From an uncultured Methylomirabilota bacterium (GTDB taxonomy: Bacteria > Methylomirabilota > Methylomirabilia > Methylomirabilales > 2-02-FULL-66-22): 64,000 nucleotides of DNA. The stretch lies in the NCBI GenBank assembly GCA_963705305.1, contig OY970067.1, forward strand, positions 4,480,001 to 4,544,000. The letters run 5' to 3'. The first letter of the stretch is position 1; each line of letters opens with the position of its first letter. The translations under genes were made by a program, and so were the position numbers. Below the pieces are notes generated by a model. That model saw nothing but the letters and a program-made list of their open reading frames with translations. It searched no databases and was not told where the DNA came from. This document shows, in pieces, positions 53,524 through 63,432 of the stretch.

Positions 53524-55034
53524 CCAGTCCACAGGTGAAGACCGCCGAAGGGTTGCGCCGGATCAGCATCGATCCCGTGACCCGCCTGGAGGGCCACGGC
53601 AAGATCGATATCTTCCTGGATGCCGAGGGGAATGTGGCGGATTGCTTCTTCCAGGTGCCGGAGCTGCGCGGGTTCGAGAAGTTCTGCGAGGGGCGCCCGG
53701 TCGAGGAGATGCCGCGCATCACTCCCCGGATCTGCGGGGTCTGCCCGGAGGCGCACCTGATGGCCTCGGCGAAGGCGTGCGACGCGGTCTACGGGGCCGA
53801 GCTGCCGCTCACGGCCAAGCTCCTGCGCGAGCTGCAGTACAACATCTTCTTCGTCACGGACCACACCACCCACTTCTACGCCCTGGGGGCGCCGGACTTC
53901 GTCATGGGCCCGCAAAGCGACCCCGCACTGCGCAACCTGATCGGGGTCATCGGCAAGGTCGGCGTACAGATCGGCGGCGAGGTCATCAAGTGCCGTGCCT
54001 GGGGACACGAGGCCGCCGCCATCTTCGGCGGCAAGCCGGTGAATCCCGCCAACGCCATCCCGGGGGGGATGAGCAAGCCCCTCAAGCCCGAAGAGCGCGA
54101 CCGGGTGGAGGAGATCTGCCGCTTCATGGTGGAGTTCGGGAAGTTCACCCTGAAGCTGCTGCACGACGTCGTGCTTGCCAACAAGGAGTATGTGGACCTG
54201 ATCCTCACTGGCCCCTACTACCAGGAGACCTACTCCATGGGGCTGGTGGACGAGAAGAACCGGGTGAACTACTACGACGGGAAGGTGCGGGTCGTGGACC
54301 CCGAGGGGAACGAGCTCTGCAAGTACGCCCCGCCCGAGTACGCGCGGCACATCGCCGAGCGTGTGGAGCCCTGGAGCTACCTGAAGTTCCCGTACCTGAA
54401 GGCGGTGGGCTGGAAGGGGCTCGTCAGCGGCAAGGAGTCGGGGGTCTACCGGGCCACCCCGCAGTCCCGGTTGAACGCCGGGGACAGCATGAACAGCCCC
54501 TTGGCCCAGGAGGCCTACGAGGAGTATTTCGAGACGCTGACGGGAGACAAGAGCGGCAGGAAGCCCGTCCACCACACCCTGGCCATCCACTGGGCCCGGG
54601 TCATCGAGCTTCTGAACGCGGCCGAGCGGGCGCTGGAGTTGGTGCGACACCCGGAGATCACCCATCCCGAGCACTACCGGGTGGTGTGCGACAAGACCCC
54701 CAGGGAGGGGGTGGGCATCGTCGAGGCGCCGCGCGGAACCCTGACCCACCACTACGTCACGGACGAGACCGGTCGCGTGAAGAAGGCCAATCTGATCGTC
54801 GGGACGACGAACAATCATGCCGCCATCTGCATCTCCATCAAGCAGGCGGCTCAGGGGTTGATCAAGAAAGGCGTGGAGGTCACCGAGGGCGTCCTGAACA
54901 TGATCGAGATGGCCTTCCGCGCCTATGATCCATGTTTCGGCTGTGCCACCCACAGCCTGCCGGGTCAGATGCCGTTGATCGTGCGGGTGCGGGACGTGGA
55001 CGGCAGCGTGCTGAGCGAAAGGCGGCGAGGGTAA
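53520..55034 (+). CDS. mvhA: Group 3c [NiFe]-hydrogenase large subunit
   Basis: [10 protein letters not shown]1 RICGVC, L2 DPCFGCATH plus tail. Confidence 0.93.
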   Translation: MTSPQVKTAEGLRRISIDPVTRLEGHGKIDIFLDAEGNVADCFFQVPELRGFEKFCEGRPVEEMPRITPRICGVCPEAHLMASAKACDAVYGAELPLTAKLLRELQYNIFFVTDHTTHFYALGAPDFVMGPQSDPALRNLIGVIGKVGVQIGGEVIKCRAWGHEAAAIFGGKPVNPANAIPGGMSKPLKPEERDRVEEICRFMVEFGKFTLKLLHDVVLANKEYVDLILTGPYYQETYSMGLVDEKNRVNYYDGKVRVVDPEGNELCKYAPPEYARHIAERVEPWSYLKFPYLKAVGWKGLVSGKESGVYRATPQSRLNAGDSMNSPLAQEAYEEYFETLTGDKSGRKPVHHTLAIHWARVIELLNAAERALELVRHPEITHPEHYRVVCDKTPREGVGIVEAPRGTLTHHYVTDETGRVKKANLIVGTTNNHAAICISIKQAAQGLIKKGVEVTEGVLNMIEMAFRAYDPCFGCATHSLPGQMPLIVRVRDVDGSVLSERRRG

Positions 55035-55071
55035 ACCGGCGGGACGGAGCCCCCCAGGGAAAGGGCGCACC

Positions 55072-56400
55072 ATGGCAGAGATCAAGGAACGCTACGACGG
55101 GTTGGTCATCGGGGCGGGGATCGCCGGTATGCAGGCGGCGCTGGATCTGGCCGGCCAGGGGTACCAGGTCCTCCTGGTGGAGAGTCAGCCCTCCATCGGC
55201 GGGGTCATGGTCTCCCTGAACAAGGTCTTCCCCACCCTGGACTGCTCCAGCTGCATCTGCACCCCCCGCATGGCCGAGGTTGCCCACGACGAGAACGTCA
55301 CCATCCTGACCTACACCGAGGTCGAGAAGGTCGAGCCCCAGGGATCCGGGTTCCGGGTCCGCCTGCGGCAGAAGCCCCGCTACGTCGTGGCGGAGGACTG
55401 CATCGGGTGCAGCCTGTGCGAGCTGGCGTGCGACGTCTACGTCCGCCACGAGTTCGACTACGGACTGGGGGCGCGGCGCGCCATCTACATCCCCCACGCC
55501 AACGCCATTCCCCAGGTGGCGGTCCTGGATGCGGAGCACTGCGTGTTCGACGGCAACTGCGCCAAGGTGTGTCCCACCGACTGCATCGACTTCACGCAGC
55601 AGCCGGTCGAGCGCACCATCCAGGTGGGGGCCGTCATCATCACCACCGGGCTCACCATCACCCCCATGGACGCCAAGAAGGAGTACGGGGGGGGCACGCA
55701 CCTCAACGTCATGAGCCCCCTGGCGATGGAGCGGGTCCAGTCCTCCAACGGACCCTACGGGCGGGTCCTTCGCCCGTCGGACGGGAAGATTCCTCAATCG
55801 GTCGCTTACGTCCAATGCGCCGGGAGCCGGGACGCCTCCATCGGCGTGTCGTATTGCTCCCGAGTGTGCTGCATGTACGCCATCAAGCAGGCGATCATGC
55901 TGAAGCATGAGCGGCACGACGTGAACGTCACGATCTACTACATGGACATCCGGGCCTTCGGCAAGAACTACGAGCAGTTCTACCGGCGCGCCGTCGCCGA
56001 CGGGATCCATTTCGTCAAGGCCAAGGTGGCAAAGATCGCGGAGGTGGACAACCACGACCTGGTCCTGCGCGTGGAGCTGATCGAGGAAGGGGGGCGCATC
56101 GGAGAGATCCGGCACGATCTGGTGGTGCTCAGCCAGGGGCTGAGGCCCGCCTGGCACGCGGACGGGGTGATCCCGGTGGAGGAGAGCCCGGACGGGTTCT
56201 TCACAACCCCCCAGGCGAAGGTTCGCCCGGTGAAGACCACCGTCGAGGGGATCTTCGTAGCGGGTGTGGCCGCCGGTCCGAAGGACATTCCCGATGCCAT
56301 CGTGGAGGCCGGCGCGGCTGCCATGGAGGCAGCCATCCATCTCGAGCGCACCGGCGCAGGCCGGCCGGCGCGGGCGGCGGTCGGCGTCAGCCACGATTGA
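55072..56400 (+). CDS. hdrA: Short HdrA-like flavoprotein (QmoA-like; no N-terminal domain or C-terminal ferredoxin)
   Basis: GAGIAG, FPTLDCSSC, inserted ferredoxin, CAGSRD, YCSRVCCMYAIK, GPKDIPD. Confidence 0.88.
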   Translation: MAEIKERYDGLVIGAGIAGMQAALDLAGQGYQVLLVESQPSIGGVMVSLNKVFPTLDCSSCICTPRMAEVAHDENVTILTYTEVEKVEPQGSGFRVRLRQKPRYVVAEDCIGCSLCELACDVYVRHEFDYGLGARRAIYIPHANAIPQVAVLDAEHCVFDGNCAKVCPTDCIDFTQQPVERTIQVGAVIITTGLTITPMDAKKEYGGGTHLNVMSPLAMERVQSSNGPYGRVLRPSDGKIPQSVAYVQCAGSRDASIGVSYCSRVCCMYAIKQAIMLKHERHDVNVTIYYMDIRAFGKNYEQFYRRAVADGIHFVKAKVAKIAEVDNHDLVLRVELIEEGGRIGEIRHDLVVLSQGLRPAWHADGVIPVEESPDGFFTTPQAKVRPVKTTVEGIFVAGVAAGPKDIPDAIVEAGAAAMEAAIHLERTGAGRPARAAVGVSHD

Positions 56401-56430
56401 GCGACAGCGGAGGGATGACGGGGGGCAACC

Positions 56431-56724
56431 ATGAGTGAGTCGAAACGCGACTGGAGAGCAGACCTGAAGACCTTCCGCGAGCGAATGGGGGGGCTCACCG
56501 AGGCGAAGAAGGCCTACTTCAAGGCCGACCGCGACACGCGCAAGGCCCTGACAGAGGCGCTGAAGTCCGGTCCCAAAACGATCCCGGAGCTGACACGACA
56601 CTTGAAGCTCCCCGGTCCCGAGGTGGTGTGGTACGTCATGGCCCTGAAGCGGTACGGGGACGTGGTGGAGGCCGGCCAGGCCGGCGACTACCTCACATAC
56701 GCCCTGAAGGAGTCGGCGTCATGA
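56431..56724 (+). CDS. Small winged-helix-like protein
   Basis: GPKTIPELTRHLKL...VWYVMALKRYGDV wHTH pattern; overlaps the next gene (ATGA). Confidence 0.75.
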   Translation: MSESKRDWRADLKTFRERMGGLTEAKKAYFKADRDTRKALTEALKSGPKTIPELTRHLKLPGPEVVWYVMALKRYGDVVEAGQAGDYLTYALKESAS

Positions 56725-57884
56725 GCGTTCGTGTGGATCCGGATGTGGTCAGGGAGCTGGCAGAGTACGGAGCCGACACAGCCGTCAAGTGCTTCAATTG
56801 CGGCAACTGCACCGCCGTCTGCGCGCTGTCCAAGGAGGACACCACCTTCCCACGGCGGTACATCCGCAACATGCAGCTGGGACTCAAAGACAAGCTGCTG
56901 GAATCCATCGATCCCTGGCTGTGCTACTATTGCGGCAACTGCTCGGACACCTGTCCGCGCGAGGCCCAACCCGGCAAGCTCATGATGGCCAGCCGGCGCT
57001 GGCTCACCAGCATGTACGATTGGACCGGACTGAGCCGCCGGATGTACCAGCGGGCGCGGTGGGAGCTGGGACTGCTGGCGGCCGTGGCCGTGGCGGTCCT
57101 GCTGCTGTTCAGCCTGCCGTCCGATTTCGGGTTGCGCCTGCTTCTCCGGCACCCCGAGGCTCTCCGGACCGTCAATCTGGAATTCTTCGCCCCGATGGTG
57201 TACGTCCATTACGCGGACATCTTCCTGGCCGTCCTGCTGGGTCTTATGCTGGCCGTCAACGCCGGGCGCATGGTGGGCTTCGCCACGCGCAGCGGCCCCC
57301 GTGTCCCCCTGGGCATCTACCTGTCGCACGCGGCGGACCTGGTGGCCCACGGCCTGACCCAGAAGCGCTGGCAGCAGTGCGACACCAACACGATCAAGCA
57401 CTGGGTCCGACACATGACCCTCGTCACCGCGTACGGGACCATGTTTATTCTGGTGGTCGTCTTCCTGCCGTGGTTCCAGGTGCCGAACACCTCCTTTCAC
57501 TGGACCAGTTTCCTCGGGTACTACGCAACCCTCATCCTGCTCGGCGCCACCACCTGGATCATCCTGGACCGCCTGAAGAGGCGGGATCAGATGCACAAGC
57601 ATCCGGATCTCTCCGACTGGCTGTTCGTGATCCTGCTGTTCCTGACCGCCCTGACGGGAATTGTCCTCAACGTGTTCCGTTTGTTGGATCTGCCCGTCCC
57701 GACGTACGTCACCTACACCATCCACCTGATGATCGCCGTGCCCATGCTGGTGGTGGAGGTGCCCTTCAGCAAGTGGCCGCACCTCGTCTACCGGCCGCTG
57801 GCGGCGTTTCTCGCCGCAGCCCGCGCCAAGGCCGCCGAGCGGCAGCCGGCCGCCGTCCGCACGGCCCCTGCGCTCCCTTCCTGA
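56721..57884 (+). CDS. QmoC-like membrane protein (HdrC-like 2x[4Fe-4S] plus cytochrome b-like membrane domain)
   Basis: CFNCGNCTAVC, WLCYYCGNCSDTCPR, several TM helices containing His, PFSKWPHLVYRP. Confidence 0.85.
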   Translation: MSVRVDPDVVRELAEYGADTAVKCFNCGNCTAVCALSKEDTTFPRRYIRNMQLGLKDKLLESIDPWLCYYCGNCSDTCPREAQPGKLMMASRRWLTSMYDWTGLSRRMYQRARWELGLLAAVAVAVLLLFSLPSDFGLRLLLRHPEALRTVNLEFFAPMVYVHYADIFLAVLLGLMLAVNAGRMVGFATRSGPRVPLGIYLSHAADLVAHGLTQKRWQQCDTNTIKHWVRHMTLVTAYGTMFILVVVFLPWFQVPNTSFHWTSFLGYYATLILLGATTWIILDRLKRRDQMHKHPDLSDWLFVILLFLTALTGIVLNVFRLLDLPVPTYVTYTIHLMIAVPMLVVEVPFSKWPHLVYRPLAAFLAAARAKAAERQPAAVRTAPALPS

Positions 57885-57918
57885 GCGGGTCGCCGCGACG
57901 CCTTCAGCTCCTTCGACG

Positions 57919-57948
57919 GAAGAGGGCCTTCGGGCCCTCTTCGTGTTT
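57919..57948 (+). terminator. Stem-loop, likely intrinsic terminator
   Basis: GAAGAGGGCC-TTCG-GGCCCTCTTC followed by GTGTTT. Confidence 0.65.
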
Positions 57949-58333
57949 CGGGCGCTCCGCGCCGACACGATCCATCCTGCCGTCTCTCCCACGCGTTCCG
58001 GCCGTACCCCACCCACTTGTTGCGCCCCGCTATCACGCGCCTCGCAGACCTCGGTCGGCTCAATCTCCGTCGCTGAAGCCGCCGTGCTGAATTTCTCAAC
58101 AGATGAATGCGACGACAGACATTCGCCCTAATGCGCTTGAATTTGCCGATCGCGAGAGTATCGTCATCGCAGATGCGGGGCGCGCCCGTATGCCCCCGCC
58201 CAGACAGGATGCCGGCCGATCCTGCGCCGGATTTCCGGAGCAGGGAGACCGGAAGACGACAGTCGGCGCCGAGAACCGGCGGTCTACACGCTCCGCCCCT
58301 CGGCCGAATCGTGGAGCCAGGAGGAATCAGGCC

Positions 58334-58984
58334 ATGCCCCATCTAGCCACGGGAGGGGAGGCGCCGCGTGCGGCGCGACCCATCCAGGAGCGGAAGGACG
58401 TCCGCCGACACATCACGTACGAATCCGAGCTGGACCCGGGGTTCGCCGAAAAAATCGCCCGGCTGGCCTACGGGGAAAAACTCTTCAGCTGCATCCAGTG
58501 CGGGACGTGCAGCGGCACCTGTCCGGTGAGCCACTACATGGACTACACGCCCCGCAAGATCATCGCCATGGTCCGAGAGGGCTTCCGGGACGAGGTCCTG
58601 AACAGTCTCACCATCTGGCTGTGCGCCTCGTGCTACTCCTGCACGGTGGACTGCCCCCGGGAGATCAAGATCACCGACGTGATGTACGCCCTCAAGCAGG
58701 AGGCCATGACCCAAGGGCTTTACCCGAAGCGGTTTCCCATCCCCGTCCTGGCGCGCGAGTTCTTCCGCGGCGTGGCCAGTCACGGCCGGAACAGTGAAGG
58801 CCCCCTGATGGTCAGGTTCTTCCTGAAGACGAACCCCCTTCGAATGCTCAGGAACGCGCCCGTCGCCTGGCGCCTCTGGCGGACGGGCCGACTCTCGCTG
58901 CTGGCGGAGAAGACGCAAAGCAAGGGCGTCGTCGGGAGGCTTTTACGCGCCGCCAAACAGGTCGAAGAAGGGAGTGCGCAATGA
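58334..58984 (+). CDS. hdrC: Heterodisulfide reductase subunit C-like
   Basis: CIQCGTCSGTCP, WLCASCYSCTVDCP; RBS AGGAGG. Confidence 0.92.
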   Translation: MPHLATGGEAPRAARPIQERKDVRRHITYESELDPGFAEKIARLAYGEKLFSCIQCGTCSGTCPVSHYMDYTPRKIIAMVREGFRDEVLNSLTIWLCASCYSCTVDCPREIKITDVMYALKQEAMTQGLYPKRFPIPVLAREFFRGVASHGRNSEGPLMVRFFLKTNPLRMLRNAPVAWRLWRTGRLSLLAEKTQSKGVVGRLLRAAKQVEEGSAQ

Positions 58985-59889
58985 CCTACCTGTATTACCC
59001 GGGGTGCTCGCTCAAGAGCACCGGGAGGGCATATGAGGAGTCGGCACTGAAGGTGTTTCAGGCGCTGGAGGCCCCCCTTCAGGAGCTCGAGGATTGGAAC
59101 TGCTGCGGGGCGACCGCCTATATGTCGGTGGACGAGGTGCAGGCCTTCTCCCTGGCCGCCCGCAACCTCTGCCTGGCGGAGCAGCACGCGTCAGCGCAGA
59201 CGAAGGAGCCCGTACAGCTCGTCGCCCCCTGCGCCGCATGCTTCCTGGTCCTCACCAAGACGCAGCGCTACCTGGAGATGCATCCGGACCTGGACCGCCA
59301 GGTGAAGGCGGCCCTCCAGGCCGTGGGACTCACCTTTACGGGCCAGGTCCGTGTCCGCCACCCGCTGGACGTGTTCGTCAATGACATCGGCATCCCGCGG
59401 ATTACCAAGAGGGTCAAGCGCAGTCTGAGCGGCCTGAAGGTCGCCTGCTATTACGGGTGCCAGATCGTCCGCCCCTTCGCCACGTTCGACGACGCCCACA
59501 ATCCCACCACCATGGATCGCGTGGTCGCCGCCCTGGGGGCCAGCTCGGTCAAGTGGCCGCTCAAGACCCGCTGCTGCGGAGGCTCCCTCAGCGGCACCAT
59601 CCCCGATGCGGGTCTCCGGCTGAGCCAGATTCTGCTGCAGGAGGCCAAGCGCCGCGGGGCCGACATCGTGGTCACCGCGTGCCCGCTCTGCCAGTTCAAC
59701 CTCGAGTGCTACCAGAAGGAAATGGGCCGGGCGTTCGGCCAGCCGGTGGACATCCCGGTGCTCTACCTCACCCAGCTCATGGGCAGAGCCTTCGGGATCT
59801 CCGACCGGGAGCTGGGCATGCAGCGCCTGTTCGTGTCCCCCGCGGACGTATTTGCCCGGCAGGAAGGAGGTCAGGCCGTCCATGCGTGA
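58981..59889 (+). CDS. hdrB: Heterodisulfide reductase subunit B-like
   Basis: YYPGC, CCG, CAAC, YYGC, CCGG, CPLC (two CCG domains). Confidence 0.93.
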   Translation: MTYLYYPGCSLKSTGRAYEESALKVFQALEAPLQELEDWNCCGATAYMSVDEVQAFSLAARNLCLAEQHASAQTKEPVQLVAPCAACFLVLTKTQRYLEMHPDLDRQVKAALQAVGLTFTGQVRVRHPLDVFVNDIGIPRITKRVKRSLSGLKVACYYGCQIVRPFATFDDAHNPTTMDRVVAALGASSVKWPLKTRCCGGSLSGTIPDAGLRLSQILLQEAKRRGADIVVTACPLCQFNLECYQKEMGRAFGQPVDIPVLYLTQLMGRAFGISDRELGMQRLFVSPADVFARQEGGQAVHA

Positions 59890-61891
59890 GTCCACATCCA
59901 ACGGCACCCCACGGATCGGCGTGTATATCTGCCACTGTGGAACGAATATCGCGGGCACGGTGGACGTCAAGGCCGTGACCGAGTACTGCGCCACCCTGCC
60001 GGGAGTGGCGGTGTCCAGAGACTACAAGTACATGTGCTCCGACCCCGGCCAGGAGCTGATCCAGCAGGACATCCGCGACCACCAGCTCACCCGGATCGTG
60101 GTGGCCTCCTGCTCTCCCCTGCTGCACGAACATACCTTCCGCCACGCCGTCGCACAGGGCGGGTTGAATCCCTATTACTTTCAGATGGTCAACATCCGGG
60201 AGAACGTGTCCTGGGTGAACCCGGATCCGCCGGCGGCCACCGCGAAGGCCAAGGATCTGCTGCGGGCCGCCATCTACCGGGTGGCCCTGCACAAGGCCCT
60301 GGAGCCCAAGCAGGTGCCCATCAACCCCAACGTCCTGGTGGTGGGAGGCGGCATTGCGGGCATCCATGCCGCCCTGACCCTGGCCAATGCCGGCAAGCAC
60401 GTCATCCTGGTGGAGCGCGAGCCGACCATCGGCGGGCACATGGCCATGTTCGACAAGACCTTCCCGACCCTCGACTGCGCCGCCTGCATCCTGACCCCCA
60501 AGATGTCCGCGGTGAAGTGCCACCCGAACATCACCCTCTGGACCTACTCCGAGGTCACCCAGGTGGACGGATTCGTGGGGAGCTACAAGGTGCGGGTCCG
60601 GCGCAAGCCCCGCTACGTCAAGGAGGATCTCTGCATCGGCTGCCTGGAGTGCATCACCGCCTGCATCTACAAGGACGCCAGGTTCCCCGACGATTTCAAC
60701 CAGGGGCTGAGCAAGCGCAAGCCCGTCTACATCCCGTTCCCGCAGGCGACCCCCCAGGTCGTGCTGTTCGATCCGGAATCCTGCATCCAGCTCAAGTCCG
60801 GCAAGTGCAAGCAGGCCTGCGTGGACAGTTGCGATCGGGATGCCATCGATTTCGGACAGACGGAGGAGATCAAGGAGATCGAGGTCGGCACCATCATCCT
60901 GGCCACCGGCTTCCAGGCCTTCGATGCCAGCCGCCTCCCCTACTACGGCTACGGCGTCTACCCCAACGTCTACACCGCCCTGGAGGTCGAGCGGCTCATC
61001 AACGCCTCCGGCCCGACCGGGGGTGAGGTCGTGCTGCGCGACGGGCGGAAGCCCCAGACGGTGGGAATCATCCACTGCGTCGGCTCCCGCGATGAGAAGA
61101 CCAACCGCTGGTGCTCCCGGGTCTGCTGCATGTACTCGCTGAAGCTGGCCCACCTCGTGAAGGAGCACACCGGCGCCGAGGTGTACAACTTCTACATCGA
61201 CATGCGCACTCCCGGAAAGAGCTACGAGGAGTTCTACGACAAGCTGCTGAAAGAGGGAACGCACTTCATCCGGGGCCGTGTGGCGGAGGTCACCGACTGG
61301 GCCCGGTCGCCCGAGGAGGAGGGCAAGCTGGTGGTGCGCGTGGAGGACACGCTCGTCGGCACCGTCCGCCGCATCCCCCTCGACATGGTCATCCTGTCCG
61401 TGGGGCTGGAGCCGCGAGCCGACTCGCAGGAGATCCGGCGAATGTTCAACATCTCCTGCTCGACGGAGGGGTTCTTCCTGGAGCGCCATCCGAAGCTGGC
61501 CCCGGTGAACACCTTCACCGACGGGATCTTCATCGCGGGGGCCTGCCAGGGTCCCCGGGACATCCCGGATACGGTGGCCCAGGCGGGGGCCGCGGCCGCC
61601 GAGGCCCTGGTGCTCATCGACACGGGCCACGTGGAGCTGGAGCCCAATACCGCCTTCATCGTCGAGGAGGAATGCTCCGGGTGCAAGTCCTGCATCTCCC
61701 TGTGCCCCTACACGGCCATCAGCTTCCTGGACGACAAGAAGAAGGCAACCATCAACGAGGCCCTCTGCAAGGGCTGCGGGACGTGCGTGGCGGCGTGCCC
61801 GTCGGGCTCGATCAAGCAGAACCTCTTCGAGGACGAAGAGATCTTCAGCGAGCTCGAGGGCCTGTTCGCACGCGATGCGGCCGCCGTCTAG
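59882..61891 (+). CDS. hdrA: Heterodisulfide reductase subunit A (canonical, full length)
   Basis: CHCGTNI, YMCS, GGGIAG, FPTLDCAAC, LEVER, CSRVCCMYSLK, C-terminal ferredoxin. Confidence 0.95.
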   Translation: MRESTSNGTPRIGVYICHCGTNIAGTVDVKAVTEYCATLPGVAVSRDYKYMCSDPGQELIQQDIRDHQLTRIVVASCSPLLHEHTFRHAVAQGGLNPYYFQMVNIRENVSWVNPDPPAATAKAKDLLRAAIYRVALHKALEPKQVPINPNVLVVGGGIAGIHAALTLANAGKHVILVEREPTIGGHMAMFDKTFPTLDCAACILTPKMSAVKCHPNITLWTYSEVTQVDGFVGSYKVRVRRKPRYVKEDLCIGCLECITACIYKDARFPDDFNQGLSKRKPVYIPFPQATPQVVLFDPESCIQLKSGKCKQACVDSCDRDAIDFGQTEEIKEIEVGTIILATGFQAFDASRLPYYGYGVYPNVYTALEVERLINASGPTGGEVVLRDGRKPQTVGIIHCVGSRDEKTNRWCSRVCCMYSLKLAHLVKEHTGAEVYNFYIDMRTPGKSYEEFYDKLLKEGTHFIRGRVAEVTDWARSPEEEGKLVVRVEDTLVGTVRRIPLDMVILSVGLEPRADSQEIRRMFNISCSTEGFFLERHPKLAPVNTFTDGIFIAGACQGPRDIPDTVAQAGAAAAEALVLIDTGHVELEPNTAFIVEEECSGCKSCISLCPYTAISFLDDKKKATINEALCKGCGTCVAACPSGSIKQNLFEDEEIFSELEGLFARDAAAV

Positions 61892-61912
61892 CCGCAGACG
61901 GGAGGTGAAATT

Positions 61913-62443
61913 TTGACTGGCCACACGAACGCAAGCAGCGCTCCGGCGCCGGTCCAGGGGTGGGAGCCCCGCATCGTCGCCTTCTTCTGCAACTGGTGCA
62001 CCTACACCGCGGCGGACCTGGCAGGGGTCTCCCGCATGAAGCACGCGCCCAACATCCGGATCATCCGGCTGATGTGCTCCGGCCGCGTGGATCCGCAGTT
62101 CATTCTGGACGCCTTTGCCAAGGGGGCCGACGGCGTGCTCATCGGCGGCTGCCACATCGGCGATTGCCATTATGCCGAGGGGAACTACAAGACCGTCCGC
62201 CGGATGCACATGCTGAAGCGGGTCCTGGAGGAGATGGGGATCGAGGAGGAGCGCTTCCGGCTCGAGTGGATCTCCGCGTCGGAAGGCGAGAAGGTCAAGC
62301 TGGTCGTCAACGACATGGTGGAGAAAGTGCGGGCCCTCGGCCCGCTGGGCCTGCCCCGGCGCTTCCTGGAATGGGATGCCGAGATGGACTCGCTGGAGCA
62401 CGCCATCGAAGGAGCCAAGGAGGTCGAGGTCCATGCCAGATAA
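61913..62443 (+). CDS. mvhD: MvhD [2Fe-2S] subunit
   Basis: FFCNWCTY, MCSGRV, GCHIGDCHY, WISASEG; TTG start after GGAGGT. Confidence 0.93.
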   Translation: MTGHTNASSAPAPVQGWEPRIVAFFCNWCTYTAADLAGVSRMKHAPNIRIIRLMCSGRVDPQFILDAFAKGADGVLIGGCHIGDCHYAEGNYKTVRRMHMLKRVLEEMGIEEERFRLEWISASEGEKVKLVVNDMVEKVRALGPLGLPRRFLEWDAEMDSLEHAIEGAKEVEVHAR

Positions 62444-63407
62444 GCCCAAGCTCGCGTTCTACTGGTGCGCCTCCTGCGGCGGCTGCGAGGAGTCCGTGGT
62501 CGACCTCGCCGAGGGCATCCTGGACGTCATCCAGGCCGTGGACATCATCTTCTGGCCGGTGGCCATGGACTTCAAGCGCACCGACGTGGAGGCCAGGCCG
62601 GACGGCTCCATTCTGGTCAGCATGATCAACGGAGCCATCCGCACCTCCGAGCAGGAAGAGATGGTCCGGCTGCTTCGCCGGAAGAGCCAGCTGGTGATCG
62701 CCTACGGGGCCTGCGCCCACCTGGGCGGCCTGCCGGGCCTGGCCAACCAGTTCGAGCGGGAAGAGATCCTGCGGTACGCGTACGAGGGATCGCCGTCCGT
62801 CCAGAACCCGGACAAGGTATATCCCCAGCCGCGATTCCAGGAGAACGGACGGACGGCCACGCTTCCCACGCTGTGGAACGTCGTCCGCACGCTGGACCAG
62901 GTGGTTCCCGTAGACTATTACCTGCCCGGCTGCCCTCCCACGCCGAAGCTGCTGCAGCAGGCGGTGGCAACCCTGCTGTCCGGCGAGCTTCCCCCCAAGG
63001 GGAGCGTCCTCGCCCCCGACATCGCGCTGTGCGACGAATGCCCCCGCAAGGACAGCAAGCCTACCGACGTCAAGTTCACGGAGTTCAAACGCCCGCACCT
63101 GACCCTTCTGGATCCGCAGCAATGCTTCCTGACGCAGGGGGTGGTCTGTATGGGCCCGGCCACCCGCGGGGGGTGCGAGGCCCTCTGCACCAAGGGGAAC
63201 ATGCCCTGCAGCGGATGTTTTGGCCCCACCTCGCGGGTGAGGGACCAGGGGGCAAAGATCCTCTCCTCGCTCTGCTCGAACCTCGCCGCCAACGAGGAAA
63301 AGGACATCGAGCGGGTCGTCGCCACACTTCCCGACCCGCTGGGAACGTTTTACCGGTACAGCTTGGCAGGATCCCTGCTTCGCAGACGGGTGCCGCCCCA
63401 CGCGTGA
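62433..63407 (+). CDS. mvhG: Group 3c hydrogenase small subunit
   Basis: ASCGGCE, YGAC, PGCPP, CDEC, CMGPATRGGC. Confidence 0.92.
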   Translation: MPDKPKLAFYWCASCGGCEESVVDLAEGILDVIQAVDIIFWPVAMDFKRTDVEARPDGSILVSMINGAIRTSEQEEMVRLLRRKSQLVIAYGACAHLGGLPGLANQFEREEILRYAYEGSPSVQNPDKVYPQPRFQENGRTATLPTLWNVVRTLDQVVPVDYYLPGCPPTPKLLQQAVATLLSGELPPKGSVLAPDIALCDECPRKDSKPTDVKFTEFKRPHLTLLDPQQCFLTQGVVCMGPATRGGCEALCTKGNMPCSGCFGPTSRVRDQGAKILSSLCSNLAANEEKDIERVVATLPDPLGTFYRYSLAGSLLRRRVPPHA

Positions 63408-63432
63408 GGGGAGCACAGGAGGCCACGGAGAC

